From: Betaproteobacteria bacterium | GTDB taxonomy: Bacteria > Pseudomonadota > Gammaproteobacteria > Burkholderiales > SG8-39 | Direction: 5' to 3' | Assembly (NCBI GenBank): GCA_022340285.1 | Contig: JAJDOG010000096.1 | Location: 24,934-88,933, forward strand | DNA: 64,000 nucleotides | Part shown: one piece after another, positions 1-11,645 of the stretch | Position numbering within the stretch: the stretch's first letter is position 1 | Layout of the letters: each line of letters starts with the position of its first letter | Position numbers and translations under genes: made by a program | The notes under the pieces: model-generated | The model's database searches: none | Told to the model about the DNA's origin: nothing | Seen by the model: the letters and a program-made list of their open reading frames with translations, nothing else

Positions 1-883
1 GCGAGATGAGCGCGTTGGCGGCGTTCAGGATATTGCCGTGCGAGCGGTAGTTCTGCTCCAGGCGGATGAGATTCGGAACCTTGAAGTCGCGCTCGAAATC
101 GGCCATGTTGCCTACGTTCGCGCCGCGGAACCGGTAGATGGACTGATCGTCGTCGCCGACGCCGAAGATCGCGGTATGCGGACCCGCGAGCAGCTTGAGC
201 CAGCGGTACTGGAGCCGGTTGGTGTCCTGGAACTCGTCGATCAGCACGTGCCGGAAGCGGCTCTGATAGTGCTCGCGCAGGACCTCGTTACGGGTCAGCA
301 GCTCGAAGGAGCGCAGCAGCAGCTCCGGGAAGTCCACGAGCCCTTCGCGCTGGCATTGCTCGTCGTAGACCGCGTAAATCTCGCCCATGCGCCGCGAGAT
401 GTCGTCATAGGCCTCGACGTCCTTCGCGCGGGTGCCCTCCTCCTTGTGGCCGTTGATGAACCACTGCACCTGCCTCGGCGGGAACTTGTCCTCGTCGATG
501 TTCATGCCCCTCAGCACCCGCTTCACGAGCCCGGCCTGGTCCTGCGTGTCGAGGATCTGGAAGAGCTGCGGAAGACCCGCTTCCCGGTAATGCGCCCGCA
601 GCATGCGGTTGCAGAGCCCGTGGAACGTCCCGATCCACATGCCGCGCGTGTTGATCGGCAGCATCGCCGAGAGACGCGTGAGCATCTCGCGCGCGGCCTT
701 GTTGGTGAAGGTCACCGCGAGGACACCCCCGGGGCTGACGTTGCCGGTCTGGATCAGCCAGGCGATGCGCGTCGTGAGCACGCGCGTCTTGCCGCTCCCC
801 GCTCCGGCGAGGATCAGCGCGTGCTGGTTCGGGAGGGTGACTGCGGCGAGCTGCTCGGGATTGAGATTGTCGAGGAGCGCCAT
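1..883 (-). CDS. uvrD: DNA helicase II (UvrD/Rep superfamily 1), N-terminal part; 3' end lies beyond the left window edge
   Basis: Absent from the ORF track because it runs off the edge. Reverse translation from the ATG (complement of 881-883) reads MALLDNLNPEQLAAVTLPNQHALILAGAGSGKTRVLTTRIAWL..., with Walker A GSGKT, then ...VLIDEFQDTN...DDDQSIYRFRGA. The + strand ORF 38-976 is its antisense shadow. Confidence 0.85.
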   Translation of the reverse strand, partial: MALLDNLNPEQLAAVTLPNQHALILAGAGSGKTRVLTTRIAWLIQTGNVSPGGVLAVTFTNKAAREMLTRLSAMLPINTRGMWIGTFHGLCNRMLRAHYREAGLPQLFQILDTQDQAGLVKRVLRGMNIDEDKFPPRQVQWFINGHKEEGTRAKDVEAYDDISRRMGEIYAVYDEQCQREGLVDFPELLLRSFELLTRNEVLREHYQSRFRHVLIDEFQDTNRLQYRWLKLLAGPHTAIFGVGDDDQSIYRFRGANVGNMADFERDFKVPNLIRLEQNYRSHGNILNAANALIS

Positions 884-987
884 TCAGGGTTTCGTGAAAC
901 TGCCGCGATTCTACCGCAGCGTCCCCTGCCTATCTCGGTCTGCCGTTATTCCGTCACTGAGTCACCCGCGGCGTGACGATCGGATGA

Positions 988-3717
<2,730 letters not shown>

Positions 3718-3750
3718 TGGCATGGGACACGAGGAGTGGAGGAGTGAAGA

Positions 3751-4272
3751 GTGAATCGTGATCGCACATCGCACCGGCTCGCTCGCCACGTATCGGTCTC
3801 CGCGCTCTTCCTGCTCCTCGCCGCGTTGCTCTCCGGGTGCGGCTTTCAGCTTCGTGGAACGGCCGAACTGCCCTTCAAGACGATCAGCGTCCCCGCGGAG
3901 ACGCCGCTCGCGATCGACCTCCAGCGTAACATCGCCTCGGGCACCAACGCGAAGATCGTCCCCGCGACCGAGAATCCGCAGGCCGTGCTCGCGCTGCTGA
4001 GCGAAGGTCGCGAACGCCTCATCCTGTCGCTTAACGCGCAGGGCCAGGTGACCGAATACGAACTCCGTTACCTGGTCTCGTTCAGGCTGTACTCGCCCAA
4101 GGGCACCGACTACATCCCGGCCAACCAGATCGTCCTGCGGCGGCCGATCACGTTCAACGACCAGGTGCTCGCGAAGGAGGAGGAGGCGGAGCTCATCTAC
4201 CGGGAGATGCGCCAGGACATGGTGCAGCTCATCATGCGGCGGCTCGCCGCTGCGAAGCCGCCGGCCGAGTAA
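3751..4272 (+). CDS. lptE: LPS-assembly lipoprotein LptE (RlpB)
   Basis: GTG start with GGAG about 7 nt upstream. Signal peptide ends in the lipobox LLSGC. It sits in the conserved position between leuS and holA. Confidence 0.8.
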   Translation: MNRDRTSHRLARHVSVSALFLLLAALLSGCGFQLRGTAELPFKTISVPAETPLAIDLQRNIASGTNAKIVPATENPQAVLALLSEGRERLILSLNAQGQVTEYELRYLVSFRLYSPKGTDYIPANQIVLRRPITFNDQVLAKEEEAELIYREMRQDMVQLIMRRLAAAKPPAE

Positions 4273-4279
4273 CGCGGCG

Positions 4280-5284
4280 ATGCAGCTTCGCGCCGAGCAG
4301 CTCGAGGGAGATCTGGCGCGCAGATTGCATCCGCTCTACGTGATTCACGGCGACGAGCCGCTGCTTGCGCTCGAGGCCGCAGACGCGGTGCGCGCGAGGT
4401 CTCGCGCAAACGGATTCACCGAGCGCGAAGTGCTGCTCGCCGAGCGGTCCTTCGACTGGTCGCAGCTCACGATGAGCGCGGCCGGCATGTCGCTTTTCGG
4501 CGACAAGAAACTGATCGAATTGCGTATCCCCTCGGGCAAGCCGGGAACCGACGGTGCCGCAGCGATCCAGGCTCATTGCAGGGGCCTCCCGCCAGACACG
4601 ACGACGCTTGTCACGCTGCCACGCCTCGATCGGCAGGGACAGAACTCGGCGTGGTTCGGTGCCTTGAGCGATGCCGGCGCGGTCGTGAACGTTTACCCGA
4701 TTGAACGAACGAAGCTGCCGCAATGGATTGCCGCGCGGCTGGCCCGACAGAAACAGCGCGCCGGGACCGAGGCGATCGAGTTTCTCGTCGAATGCGTCGA
4801 GGGCAACCTGCTCGCGGCGCACCAGGAGATCCAGAAGCTCGGGCTCCTTTACCCGGAAGGGGAGCTCACGCTCGACCAAGTACGCGACGCGGTGCTGGAC
4901 GTGGCGCGATTCAACGTCTACCAGTTGACCGAGGCCGTGCTCGGGGGTGACGCGCTGCGCCTCGCGCGCGTGCTCGACGGGCTGGCGGGTGAGGGCGAGC
5001 CCCCGCTGCGGGTGCTCTGGGTCATGAGCGAGGACATCCGGGCCGTGTTCAAGCTGCAGCGGGGGCGCGCCGCGGGGCGACGCGATCAGGAAATCTTCCG
5101 CGGCGAGCGCATCTGGGGCGACGCGCGCCAGCGCCTCGTTTCGCAGGCGGCGACACGCGTGCGCGGTGAGGTCCTCTCGAATGGGCTCGAGCACGCGGCG
5201 CACGTCGACCGCGTAGCGAAGGGCGTTGCCCAAGGCGACACGTGGGACGAGCTCCTGCAGCTCGGATTGCGCTTCGCCCGCTGA
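4280..5284 (+). CDS. holA: DNA polymerase III subunit delta
   Basis: 334-aa ORF in the canonical leuS-lptE-holA position. The N-terminus (LHPLYVIHGDEPLL) is typical of HolA. Confidence 0.85.
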   Translation: MQLRAEQLEGDLARRLHPLYVIHGDEPLLALEAADAVRARSRANGFTEREVLLAERSFDWSQLTMSAAGMSLFGDKKLIELRIPSGKPGTDGAAAIQAHCRGLPPDTTTLVTLPRLDRQGQNSAWFGALSDAGAVVNVYPIERTKLPQWIAARLARQKQRAGTEAIEFLVECVEGNLLAAHQEIQKLGLLYPEGELTLDQVRDAVLDVARFNVYQLTEAVLGGDALRLARVLDGLAGEGEPPLRVLWVMSEDIRAVFKLQRGRAAGRRDQEIFRGERIWGDARQRLVSQAATRVRGEVLSNGLEHAAHVDRVAKGVAQGDTWDELLQLGLRFAR

Positions 5285-5334
5285 GCCCGGCCCGGGGCTC
5301 GGGCCCTCCACCGGTGGGGTAACATATCCCTCCC

Positions 5335-6606
5335 ATGCACCGCGACATCGTGGACATCGCCGGATACATGCGGGACGTCGGTCGACGGGCCCGCGCGGCG
5401 TCGCACGCGCTCGCGCGGGCCGACACCGACACGAAGAATCGCGCGCTCCACGCGATCGCCACCGCCATCCGGCACGCGTGTGAGCCCATCCTCGCCGCCA
5501 ATGCCGAGGATGTGGCCGACGCGAAGAAGGAAGGCCTCGAGCCTGCCCTGATCGACCGGCTCACGCTGAGCGCGAAATCGGTCGAAGCCATGGCGCAGGG
5601 CGTGGAAACGGTGGCGGGCCTGCCCGACCCGGTGGGCGAAGTGAGCGAGCTTCGCGAGCAGCCCACCGGCATCAAGGTCGGCCGGATGCGCGTGCCGCTT
5701 GGGGTGATCGGCATCATCTACGAGTCGCGACCGAACGTGACGGCGGATGCCGCGGCGCTCTGCATCAAGTCCGGTAACGCAGCGATCCTGCGTGGCGGCA
5801 AGGAAGCGATTCGCGCCAACCAGGCGATCGCCGAATGCGTGCGCACCGGCCTGCGCGACGCGGGCCTCCCCGAGGATGGCGTGCAGGTCGTGGAGACGAC
5901 CGATCGTGCCGCAGTGGGCGAGCTGCTGCGCATGAACGAGTTCGTCGACATCATCGTGCCGCGGGGCGGCAAGGACCTCATCGAGAGGGTGATGGCCGAG
6001 TCACGCATCCCGATGATCAAGCATCTCGACGGCGTATGTCATGTCTACATCGACGCCGACGCCGACGTTGAAATGGCGATCAAGATCGCCGACAACGCCA
6101 AGACACAGCGCTACGGCACCTGCAACACGATGGAGACGCTGCTCGTCGCCGAGTCGGTCGCTCCGCAGGTGCTGCCGCGCCTTTGCAAGATCTATCGGGA
6201 GAAGGGCGTCGAGCTGCGCGGCGACGAGCGGGCGCGAGCGATCTTCCCCGACATGAATCCTGCCGCCGAGGCGGACTGGTTTGCGGAATACCTCGCGCCG
6301 ATTCTCGCCATTCGCGTGGTGAAGGACGTTGACGAGGCGATGGAGCATATCGCCCGCTACGGCTCGCAGCACACCGACGCGATCGTGACGGCGAACGAGG
6401 AGCGCGCCCGGCGGTTCCTGCGCGAAGTGGATTCGAGCTCGGTGATGTGGAATGCCTCGACGCGCTTCGCCGACGGCTTCGAATTCGGTCTCGGTGCGGA
6501 GATCGGCATTTCGACCGAAAAGCTGCATGCCCGAGGGCCGGTGGGGCTCGAGGGCCTCACCTCGCAAAAGTGGGTGGTGCTCGGCGAGGGGCAGGTGCGC
6601 GGGTGA
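5335..6606 (+). CDS. proA: glutamate-5-semialdehyde dehydrogenase (gamma-glutamyl phosphate reductase)
   Basis: 423-aa ORF of the aldehyde dehydrogenase-fold ProA family (…IYESRPNVT…, …[11 protein letters not shown]…). Confidence 0.95.
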   Translation: MHRDIVDIAGYMRDVGRRARAASHALARADTDTKNRALHAIATAIRHACEPILAANAEDVADAKKEGLEPALIDRLTLSAKSVEAMAQGVETVAGLPDPVGEVSELREQPTGIKVGRMRVPLGVIGIIYESRPNVTADAAALCIKSGNAAILRGGKEAIRANQAIAECVRTGLRDAGLPEDGVQVVETTDRAAVGELLRMNEFVDIIVPRGGKDLIERVMAESRIPMIKHLDGVCHVYIDADADVEMAIKIADNAKTQRYGTCNTMETLLVAESVAPQVLPRLCKIYREKGVELRGDERARAIFPDMNPAAEADWFAEYLAPILAIRVVKDVDEAMEHIARYGSQHTDAIVTANEERARRFLREVDSSSVMWNASTRFADGFEFGLGAEIGISTEKLHARGPVGLEGLTSQKWVVLGEGQVRG

Positions 6607-6619
6607 CGCATCGCGCGCG

Positions 6620-7261
6620 ATGAGCACTCGGGAAGCTTCGCGACTCACCTGGTATTTCGACTACGTCTCGCCCTTTTCGTATCTTCAGCTCGCGACGCAC
6701 CCGGATCTTTTCCGGCGCGACCAAGTCGTGCTGAAGCCCGTCGTATTCGGCGGCGTCCTGGCGAACTGGAGTCACAAGGGTCCCGCGGAGCTTCCGCCGA
6801 AGCGCACGTTCAGCTATCGATACGTGCTGTTCCGCGCGCGCGAGCTCGGCGTTGCGCTGCGCTTTCCGCCCGCGCACCCTTTCAATCCTCTGCAGGCGCT
6901 GCGTCTCACCGTGGGACTCGGAAGCAAAATCGACGTCGTGCAGACGATCTTCGATTTCGTCTGGAAGGAGGGCCGCTCGCTCGGCGACGGGTGGCGCGTC
7001 CTCTGCGAGCGGCTCGGTGTGACCGACGCCGATGCGCTCTGCAATGCGCCCGAAGTGAAGGCCGAGCTGCGCGCCAACGGTGATTCGGCGAGTGCCGCGG
7101 GCGTGTTCGGCGTGCCGACGTTCGAGGTCGACGGCGAGCTCTTCTGGGGCGTCGACGCGACGTCGATGCTGCGCGCCTATCTCGCTGACCGCGAGCTTTT
7201 CAGCGACCCCGAGATGTACCGCGTCACGCACTTGCCGGCCGCGGTCCAGAGAAAACTCTGA
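6620..7261 (+). CDS. DsbA-fold 2-hydroxychromene-2-carboxylate isomerase family protein
   Basis: Track ORF 6452-7261 trimmed to the ATG at 6620, because the upstream part overlaps proA. The N-terminus WYFDYVSPFSYL and the GVPTFEVDGELFWG motif are typical of the HCCA-isomerase/DsbA-like family. Confidence 0.65.
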   Translation: MSTREASRLTWYFDYVSPFSYLQLATHPDLFRRDQVVLKPVVFGGVLANWSHKGPAELPPKRTFSYRYVLFRARELGVALRFPPAHPFNPLQALRLTVGLGSKIDVVQTIFDFVWKEGRSLGDGWRVLCERLGVTDADALCNAPEVKAELRANGDSASAAGVFGVPTFEVDGELFWGVDATSMLRAYLADRELFSDPEMYRVTHLPAAVQRKL

Positions 7262-7902
7262 TGGCACTGCTCGGCCTCATGGGCGGGACGTTCGATCCGG
7301 TGCACTTCGGTCATCTGCGGCTCGCGACGGAGGCGCTCGAGGCGTTCGGTCTCGATGCGGTGCGCTGGATTCCCTCCGGCCAGCCGGGTCACCGCGACAC
7401 GCCGACGACGATCGCGCTGCATCGCGTCGAGATGGTCCGGCTCGCCATCACCGGCGAGCCGCGCTTCACGCTCGACCTGGCAGAAACGCGCACCTCCGAA
7501 CCCACGTTCACGATCAACACCTTGAAACGGCTGCGCGCGGAGCTCGGCAATGACCGACCGCTGGTGATGATTCTGGGGATGGATTCCTTTCTTTCGCTGC
7601 CGACCTGGCGTTCGTGGACCGAACTCTTCGATCTCGCCCACTTTGCGGTCGGCGAACGGCCGGGTTTCGAATTGTCCACGCAGACCATGGTGTCCGGCCT
7701 CGCCCTGGAATTCGCGCGGCGTTCTGCAACCCCGGAAGCGGCGCGGGGAGCGGCGGCCGGAGCCATCATGTCGTTTCCCATGACGCTGCTCGATATCTCC
7801 GCGACCGAGTTGCGCGCGCGAATCTCGCGTGGCGCGAGCATTCGTTATTTGCTTCCGGAAAGCGTGTTGGCTTATATTGGGGCGCATAGATTGTATCGAT
7901 AG
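7261..7902 (+). CDS. nadD: nicotinate-nucleotide adenylyltransferase
   Basis: 213-aa ORF with GGTFDPVHFGHL, the nucleotidyltransferase (H/T)xGH motif. Its ATG overlaps the upstream stop by 1 nt. The order nadD-rsfS-rlmH is conserved. Confidence 0.9.
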   Translation: MALLGLMGGTFDPVHFGHLRLATEALEAFGLDAVRWIPSGQPGHRDTPTTIALHRVEMVRLAITGEPRFTLDLAETRTSEPTFTINTLKRLRAELGNDRPLVMILGMDSFLSLPTWRSWTELFDLAHFAVGERPGFELSTQTMVSGLALEFARRSATPEAARGAAAGAIMSFPMTLLDISATELRARISRGASIRYLLPESVLAYIGAHRLYR

Positions 7903-7960
7903 GTTTGTATCGACAGGTTTGTGTCGATAGAGCTGTATCGATCGCGTTGTATCGATGGGT
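7891..7960. repeat. five head-to-tail 14-bp units with core TGTATCGAT
   Basis: Read directly. Units start at 7891, 7905, 7919, 7933 and 7947: TTGTATCGATAGGT, TTGTATCGACAGGT, TTGTGTCGATAGAG, CTGTATCGATCGCG, TTGTATCGATGGGT. Confidence 0.85.
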
Positions 7961-7982
7961 TCGCGTAGGAGAAATCACCGGT

Positions 7983-8363
7983 TTGGACATCCGCAAGAAG
8001 CAGAAGGCGGTCATCGCCGCACTCGAGGACATCAAGGCGCGGGATATCGCCGCCTTCGATGTCACCCATCTCACCGCACTGTTCGATCGCGTCATCATCG
8101 CGACCGCCGACTCCGCCCGTCAGGGCCGGGCGCTCGCGGGTCACGTGCATGAGCGACTGAAGTCCGTGGGCGAGCGCATTTACGCCACCGAGGGCGGGCC
8201 GGACAGCGACTGGATTCTCGTTGACCTCGGAGACATCGTGGTGCACATCATGCAACCCGCGGCGCGCGAGTACTACAATCTCGAGGAACTCTGGGGCGAG
8301 CCCAAGCCGCGCACACGGGCGGTGCAGACGAAGCGCGGATCCACGCGCGCAAGCGCTTCGTGA
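7983..8363 (+). CDS. rsfS: ribosome silencing factor RsfS (iojap family)
   Basis: Track ORF 7905-8363 reads through the 14-bp repeat array. I trimmed it to the in-frame TTG at 7983 (AGGAG at 7967-7971), which gives an N-terminus that aligns with E. coli RsfS. The motif DWILVDLGDIVVHIM is typical. Start codon is uncertain. Confidence 0.8.
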   Translation: MDIRKKQKAVIAALEDIKARDIAAFDVTHLTALFDRVIIATADSARQGRALAGHVHERLKSVGERIYATEGGPDSDWILVDLGDIVVHIMQPAAREYYNLEELWGEPKPRTRAVQTKRGSTRASAS

Positions 8364-8482
8364 TGGGACCGACATCGGGGGCGCAGCGTGCGCCCGGGTT
8401 ACCGCACCGGTTATCGACTCTACATTGACGCCGGCTTCCGAACGGTCTCCGATCGGGATCGTGGCCGGGCGGAAATCGGTTC

Positions 8483-8953
8483 ATGAAGTTGTTCGTCGTG
8501 GCGGTGGGCGAACGGATGCCGGGTTGGGTGGACGAAGCGTTCGCGGATTACGCTCGCCGTATGCCGCGCCGGGCGCGCATCGAACTCGTGGAGATCCGGC
8601 CAGCGCCGCGCCACGCGACCAGCTCGGTCGCTCAGGCCCTGACGGCGGAGGCTAAGCGGATTCACGCCGCGCTGCCCGCCCGGTGCCGGCGCGTGGCACT
8701 CGACGAGCGGGGCCGGACGCTGACGACGATGGAGTTGGCGCGCAATATGGAGTCCTGGCTGGCGGGAGGCGAGGATGTCGCGTTCCTGATCGGAGGTCCG
8801 GACGGGCTGGCCCCCGAGCTCAAGCGCTCTGCCGGCCTGGCCATGCGGCTGTCGAGCTTCACTCTTCCACACGGACTGGCACGTGTGGTGCTTGCCGAGC
8901 AGCTTTACAGGGCACTTTCCATACTCGATCACCACCCGTATCACAGAGAATAG
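8483..8953 (+). CDS. rlmH: 23S rRNA (pseudouridine1915-N3)-methyltransferase
   Basis: 156-aa SPOUT-family ORF ([16 protein letters not shown]…IGGPDGL…LPHGL) directly after rsfS. Confidence 0.93.
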   Translation: MKLFVVAVGERMPGWVDEAFADYARRMPRRARIELVEIRPAPRHATSSVAQALTAEAKRIHAALPARCRRVALDERGRTLTTMELARNMESWLAGGEDVAFLIGGPDGLAPELKRSAGLAMRLSSFTLPHGLARVVLAEQLYRALSILDHHPYHRE

Positions 8954-9115
8954 GGGGATCCCGACCGGGGTCCGAAACAAGGCGACCGGGCCCCGCCCCG
9001 AGCGAGCTAGAGGAGACCGGATGCGCATCACCCAGGTGCCAAGGCAGCATGCCCGCCGGACCCGGTGTCCGGCTGGCGCCTGCGCGTTCCGGCGAACCGC
9101 ATCGCCTCGATAAAC

Positions 9116-9733
9116 ATGGCGCCTCCCTTCACAAAGGTCTACCTCGCGTCGCGGAGCTCGCGCCGGCGCGAGCTGCTCAAGCAGATTGGCGTGGCGTTCG
9201 AGGTTCTCCTGCTTCGCGAGCACTGGTCCCGCGGGCCGGACGTCGATGAAGCCGTGCACGAGGGCGAGACGCCCGAGGAGTACGTTCGGCGCGTGGCGCA
9301 CGAGAAGGCCGAGACGGGCTGGATGCGCATCCTGCAGCGAAGCCTTCCGCGTCTGCCGGTGCTCGCCGCCGACACGACCGTGTGCCTGGGTTCGACGATC
9401 TTCGGCAAGCCCGCGAATCGTCACGAGGCGGTGGCGATGCTGAAGGAGCTTTCCGGCCGGGAGCACCGCGTGCTGACGGCGGTCACGCTGCGCTTCGACG
9501 CGGTCGAGGAAGGAATCGTGAACGACAACGTCGTGCGCTTTCGCGAGCTCGACGAGGCGGAGATCCAGCACTATGTCGACACCGGCGAGCCCTACGACAA
9601 GGCCGGCGGCTACGCGATCCAGGGCCGCGCCGCGGTGTTCATTCCCGAGATCCTCGGCAGCTACACAGGCGTGATGGGGCTGCCGCTCTACGAGACTGCC
9701 GACCTGCTGCGGAAGTTCCAGAGCCGCACATGA
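9116..9733 (+). CDS. maf: Maf-like nucleoside triphosphate pyrophosphatase
   Basis: Track ORF 9065-9733 trimmed to the ATG at 9116 (MAPPFTKVYLASRSSRRRELL…). The motifs LASxSxRR and …KAGGYAIQG… are typical of Maf/YhdE. Its stop overlaps the rng start. Confidence 0.88.
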   Translation: MAPPFTKVYLASRSSRRRELLKQIGVAFEVLLLREHWSRGPDVDEAVHEGETPEEYVRRVAHEKAETGWMRILQRSLPRLPVLAADTTVCLGSTIFGKPANRHEAVAMLKELSGREHRVLTAVTLRFDAVEEGIVNDNVVRFRELDEAEIQHYVDTGEPYDKAGGYAIQGRAAVFIPEILGSYTGVMGLPLYETADLLRKFQSRT

Positions 9734-11184
9734 TCGAGGACATCCTGATCAATGTCACGCCGCAGGAGACGCGCGTCGCGGTGGTCCAGAACGGGGTCGT
9801 GCAGGAACTGCACGTCGAACGCGCAGCCAACCGAGGGCTGGTCGGCAACCTCTACATGGGTCGCGTCGAGCGGGTGCTCCCGGGCATGCAGTCGGCGTTC
9901 GTCGACATCGGCCTCGACCGGGCCGCGTTCCTGCACGTGGCGGACATCTGGGAGCAACGCGGCAACGGCGACTCCCAGAAGCCCATCGAGCGGATCCTCT
10001 CGGAAGGTCAGCCCCTGATGGTTCAGGTGCTCAAGGACCCGATCGGGAGCAAGGGTGCGCGCCTCTCGACGCAGGTTTCGGTCGCTGGCCGCCTGCTGGT
10101 GCACTTGCCGCGCGATCCGCACATCGCCGTGTCGCAGCGCATCGAGGAGGAAACCGGGCGAAAGCTCCTCAAGGAAAAGCTCGAGAGGCAGTTGCCCGAA
10201 GGCGAGACGGGCGGGTACATCATCCGCACCATGGCCGAGTCGGCCGACGAGGAAGATCTCGCGCTCGACATCCAGTACCTGAAACGGATCTGGGATGACA
10301 TCCAGTCGCGCGCGGCAACCGCGACGGCCCCCGCCCTGCTCTATCAGGATCTCTCGCTCGCGCAGCGCGCGCTGCGCGATTTTGCGGATGACCTAACCGG
10401 ACGGATCATCGTCGACTCGCGGGAGAACTTCGTCAAGCTCCAGGAGTTCGCCCGCGACTACGTGCCGCGCGTCCTTTCCAGGATCGAGCACTACTCGGGC
10501 GAAAGGCCGCTCTTCGATCTATACGGCGTCGAGGACGAGATCGAAAAGGCACTGGCCCGGCGCGTCGACCTGAAATCGGGCGGCTACCTGATCATCGACC
10601 AGACCGAGGCGCTCACGACGGTGGACGTGAACACCGGCGGCTTCGTCGGCCTGCGAAACTTCGACGACACGATCTTCAAGACGAACCTCGAGGCGGCGCA
10701 GGTCATCGCGCGCCAGCTCAGGCTGCGCAACCTCGGCGGCATAATCATCATCGACTTCATCGACATGACTGGCGAGGACCACCGCGCCGCGGTGCTCGCC
10801 GAGTTCCGGAAGGCCCTCACGCGGGACCGGACGAAGATGACCGTAAACGGCTTCACCGCGCTCGGGCTCGTTGAGATGACCCGCAAGAGGACACGCGAGA
10901 GCCTGGCACACGTGCTCTGCGAGCCGTGCCCGACGTGCGCCGGCCGCGGCGAGGTCAAGACCGCGCGCACCGTCTGCTACGAGATCCTGCGCGAGATCCT
11001 CCGCGAAGCGCGCCAGTTCAGTGCGCGCGAGTACCGCATCCTGGCTTCGCAGGCGGTGATCGATCTCTTCCTCGAGGAAGAATCGCCGTCGCTCGCGATG
11101 CTCTCGGATTTCATTGGCAAGCCTGTCTCGATGCAGGTCGAGACGAGCTACAACCCTGAACAATTCGACGTGGTGCTGATGTGA
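9730..11184 (+). CDS. rng: ribonuclease G
   Basis: Track ORF 9382-11184 trimmed to the ATG at 9730, which overlaps the maf stop. MIEDILINVTPQETRVAVV…GNLYMGRVERVLPGMQSAFVDIG is the S1-domain N-terminus of RNase E/G. The maf-rng pairing matches E. coli yhdE-cafA. Confidence 0.9.
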   Translation: MIEDILINVTPQETRVAVVQNGVVQELHVERAANRGLVGNLYMGRVERVLPGMQSAFVDIGLDRAAFLHVADIWEQRGNGDSQKPIERILSEGQPLMVQVLKDPIGSKGARLSTQVSVAGRLLVHLPRDPHIAVSQRIEEETGRKLLKEKLERQLPEGETGGYIIRTMAESADEEDLALDIQYLKRIWDDIQSRAATATAPALLYQDLSLAQRALRDFADDLTGRIIVDSRENFVKLQEFARDYVPRVLSRIEHYSGERPLFDLYGVEDEIEKALARRVDLKSGGYLIIDQTEALTTVDVNTGGFVGLRNFDDTIFKTNLEAAQVIARQLRLRNLGGIIIIDFIDMTGEDHRAAVLAEFRKALTRDRTKMTVNGFTALGLVEMTRKRTRESLAHVLCEPCPTCAGRGEVKTARTVCYEILREILREARQFSAREYRILASQAVIDLFLEEESPSLAMLSDFIGKPVSMQVETSYNPEQFDVVLM

Positions 11185-11618
11185 TGAAGACGAAGCCCGG
11201 CCTCGAAGACAAGGAACAGGCATTGATCGATGAAGCGCTGCGCGAGCTCAAGGCGCGCAAGGCGGCGTCGGCACGCCCGCCGCAACGAGCAGCCGCCGCC
11301 TCGACGACGGCGCAAAAAGGCGCAGCGGTGGCCGCCCGGAAACGCCCGGCCATGCCGCAGCCCCGACGCGTGCCGGCCAGCCCGACGACCCCCATCGACC
11401 ACCCCACCGTCGACGGTTGGGATCATCCGTCGGCGCGCGACGCGGCGCCCAAGGTGAAGATCGCCACAGAGGAGAAGTGGGCGCGGGTCGCCGCCGCAAT
11501 GGAGGCGGAGCAGCGCGAATCGCGCCAGGCGCGCGAGCGGATGCGCCGCATGGGGCGGCGCTTCGCGATTGGCGCCGCGGTCGTCATCTTTCTTGCCGTC
11601 ATCACCATGCTCCACTGA
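11181..11618 (+). CDS. hypothetical tail-anchored membrane protein
   Basis: GTG/ATG start overlaps the rng stop (…ATGTGATGAAG…). It has a charged helical N-terminus, an Ala/Pro/Arg-rich middle and a single C-terminal TM (FAIGAAVVIFLAVITML). I recognise no family. Confidence 0.45.
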   Translation: MMKTKPGLEDKEQALIDEALRELKARKAASARPPQRAAAASTTAQKGAAVAARKRPAMPQPRRVPASPTTPIDHPTVDGWDHPSARDAAPKVKIATEEKWARVAAAMEAEQRESRQARERMRRMGRRFAIGAAVVIFLAVITMLH

Positions 11619-11645
11619 TTCGCCGCCGGTCCGGACGGCGCTTCC

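Noticed and set aside
9382-11184. 5'-extended ORF-track calls: rng 9382, sufC 21185, gatB 44733, rodA 50660, rlpA 51388, the aminotransferase 53489, lipA 56011, DUF4197 56625, dctP 24330, ptsI 28945, xth 42062, and others.
   Set aside because: The extensions overlap the preceding well-supported gene and lack family similarity. Internal starts give the canonical N-termini, SD motifs or stop/start overlaps, so I used trimmed coordinates.
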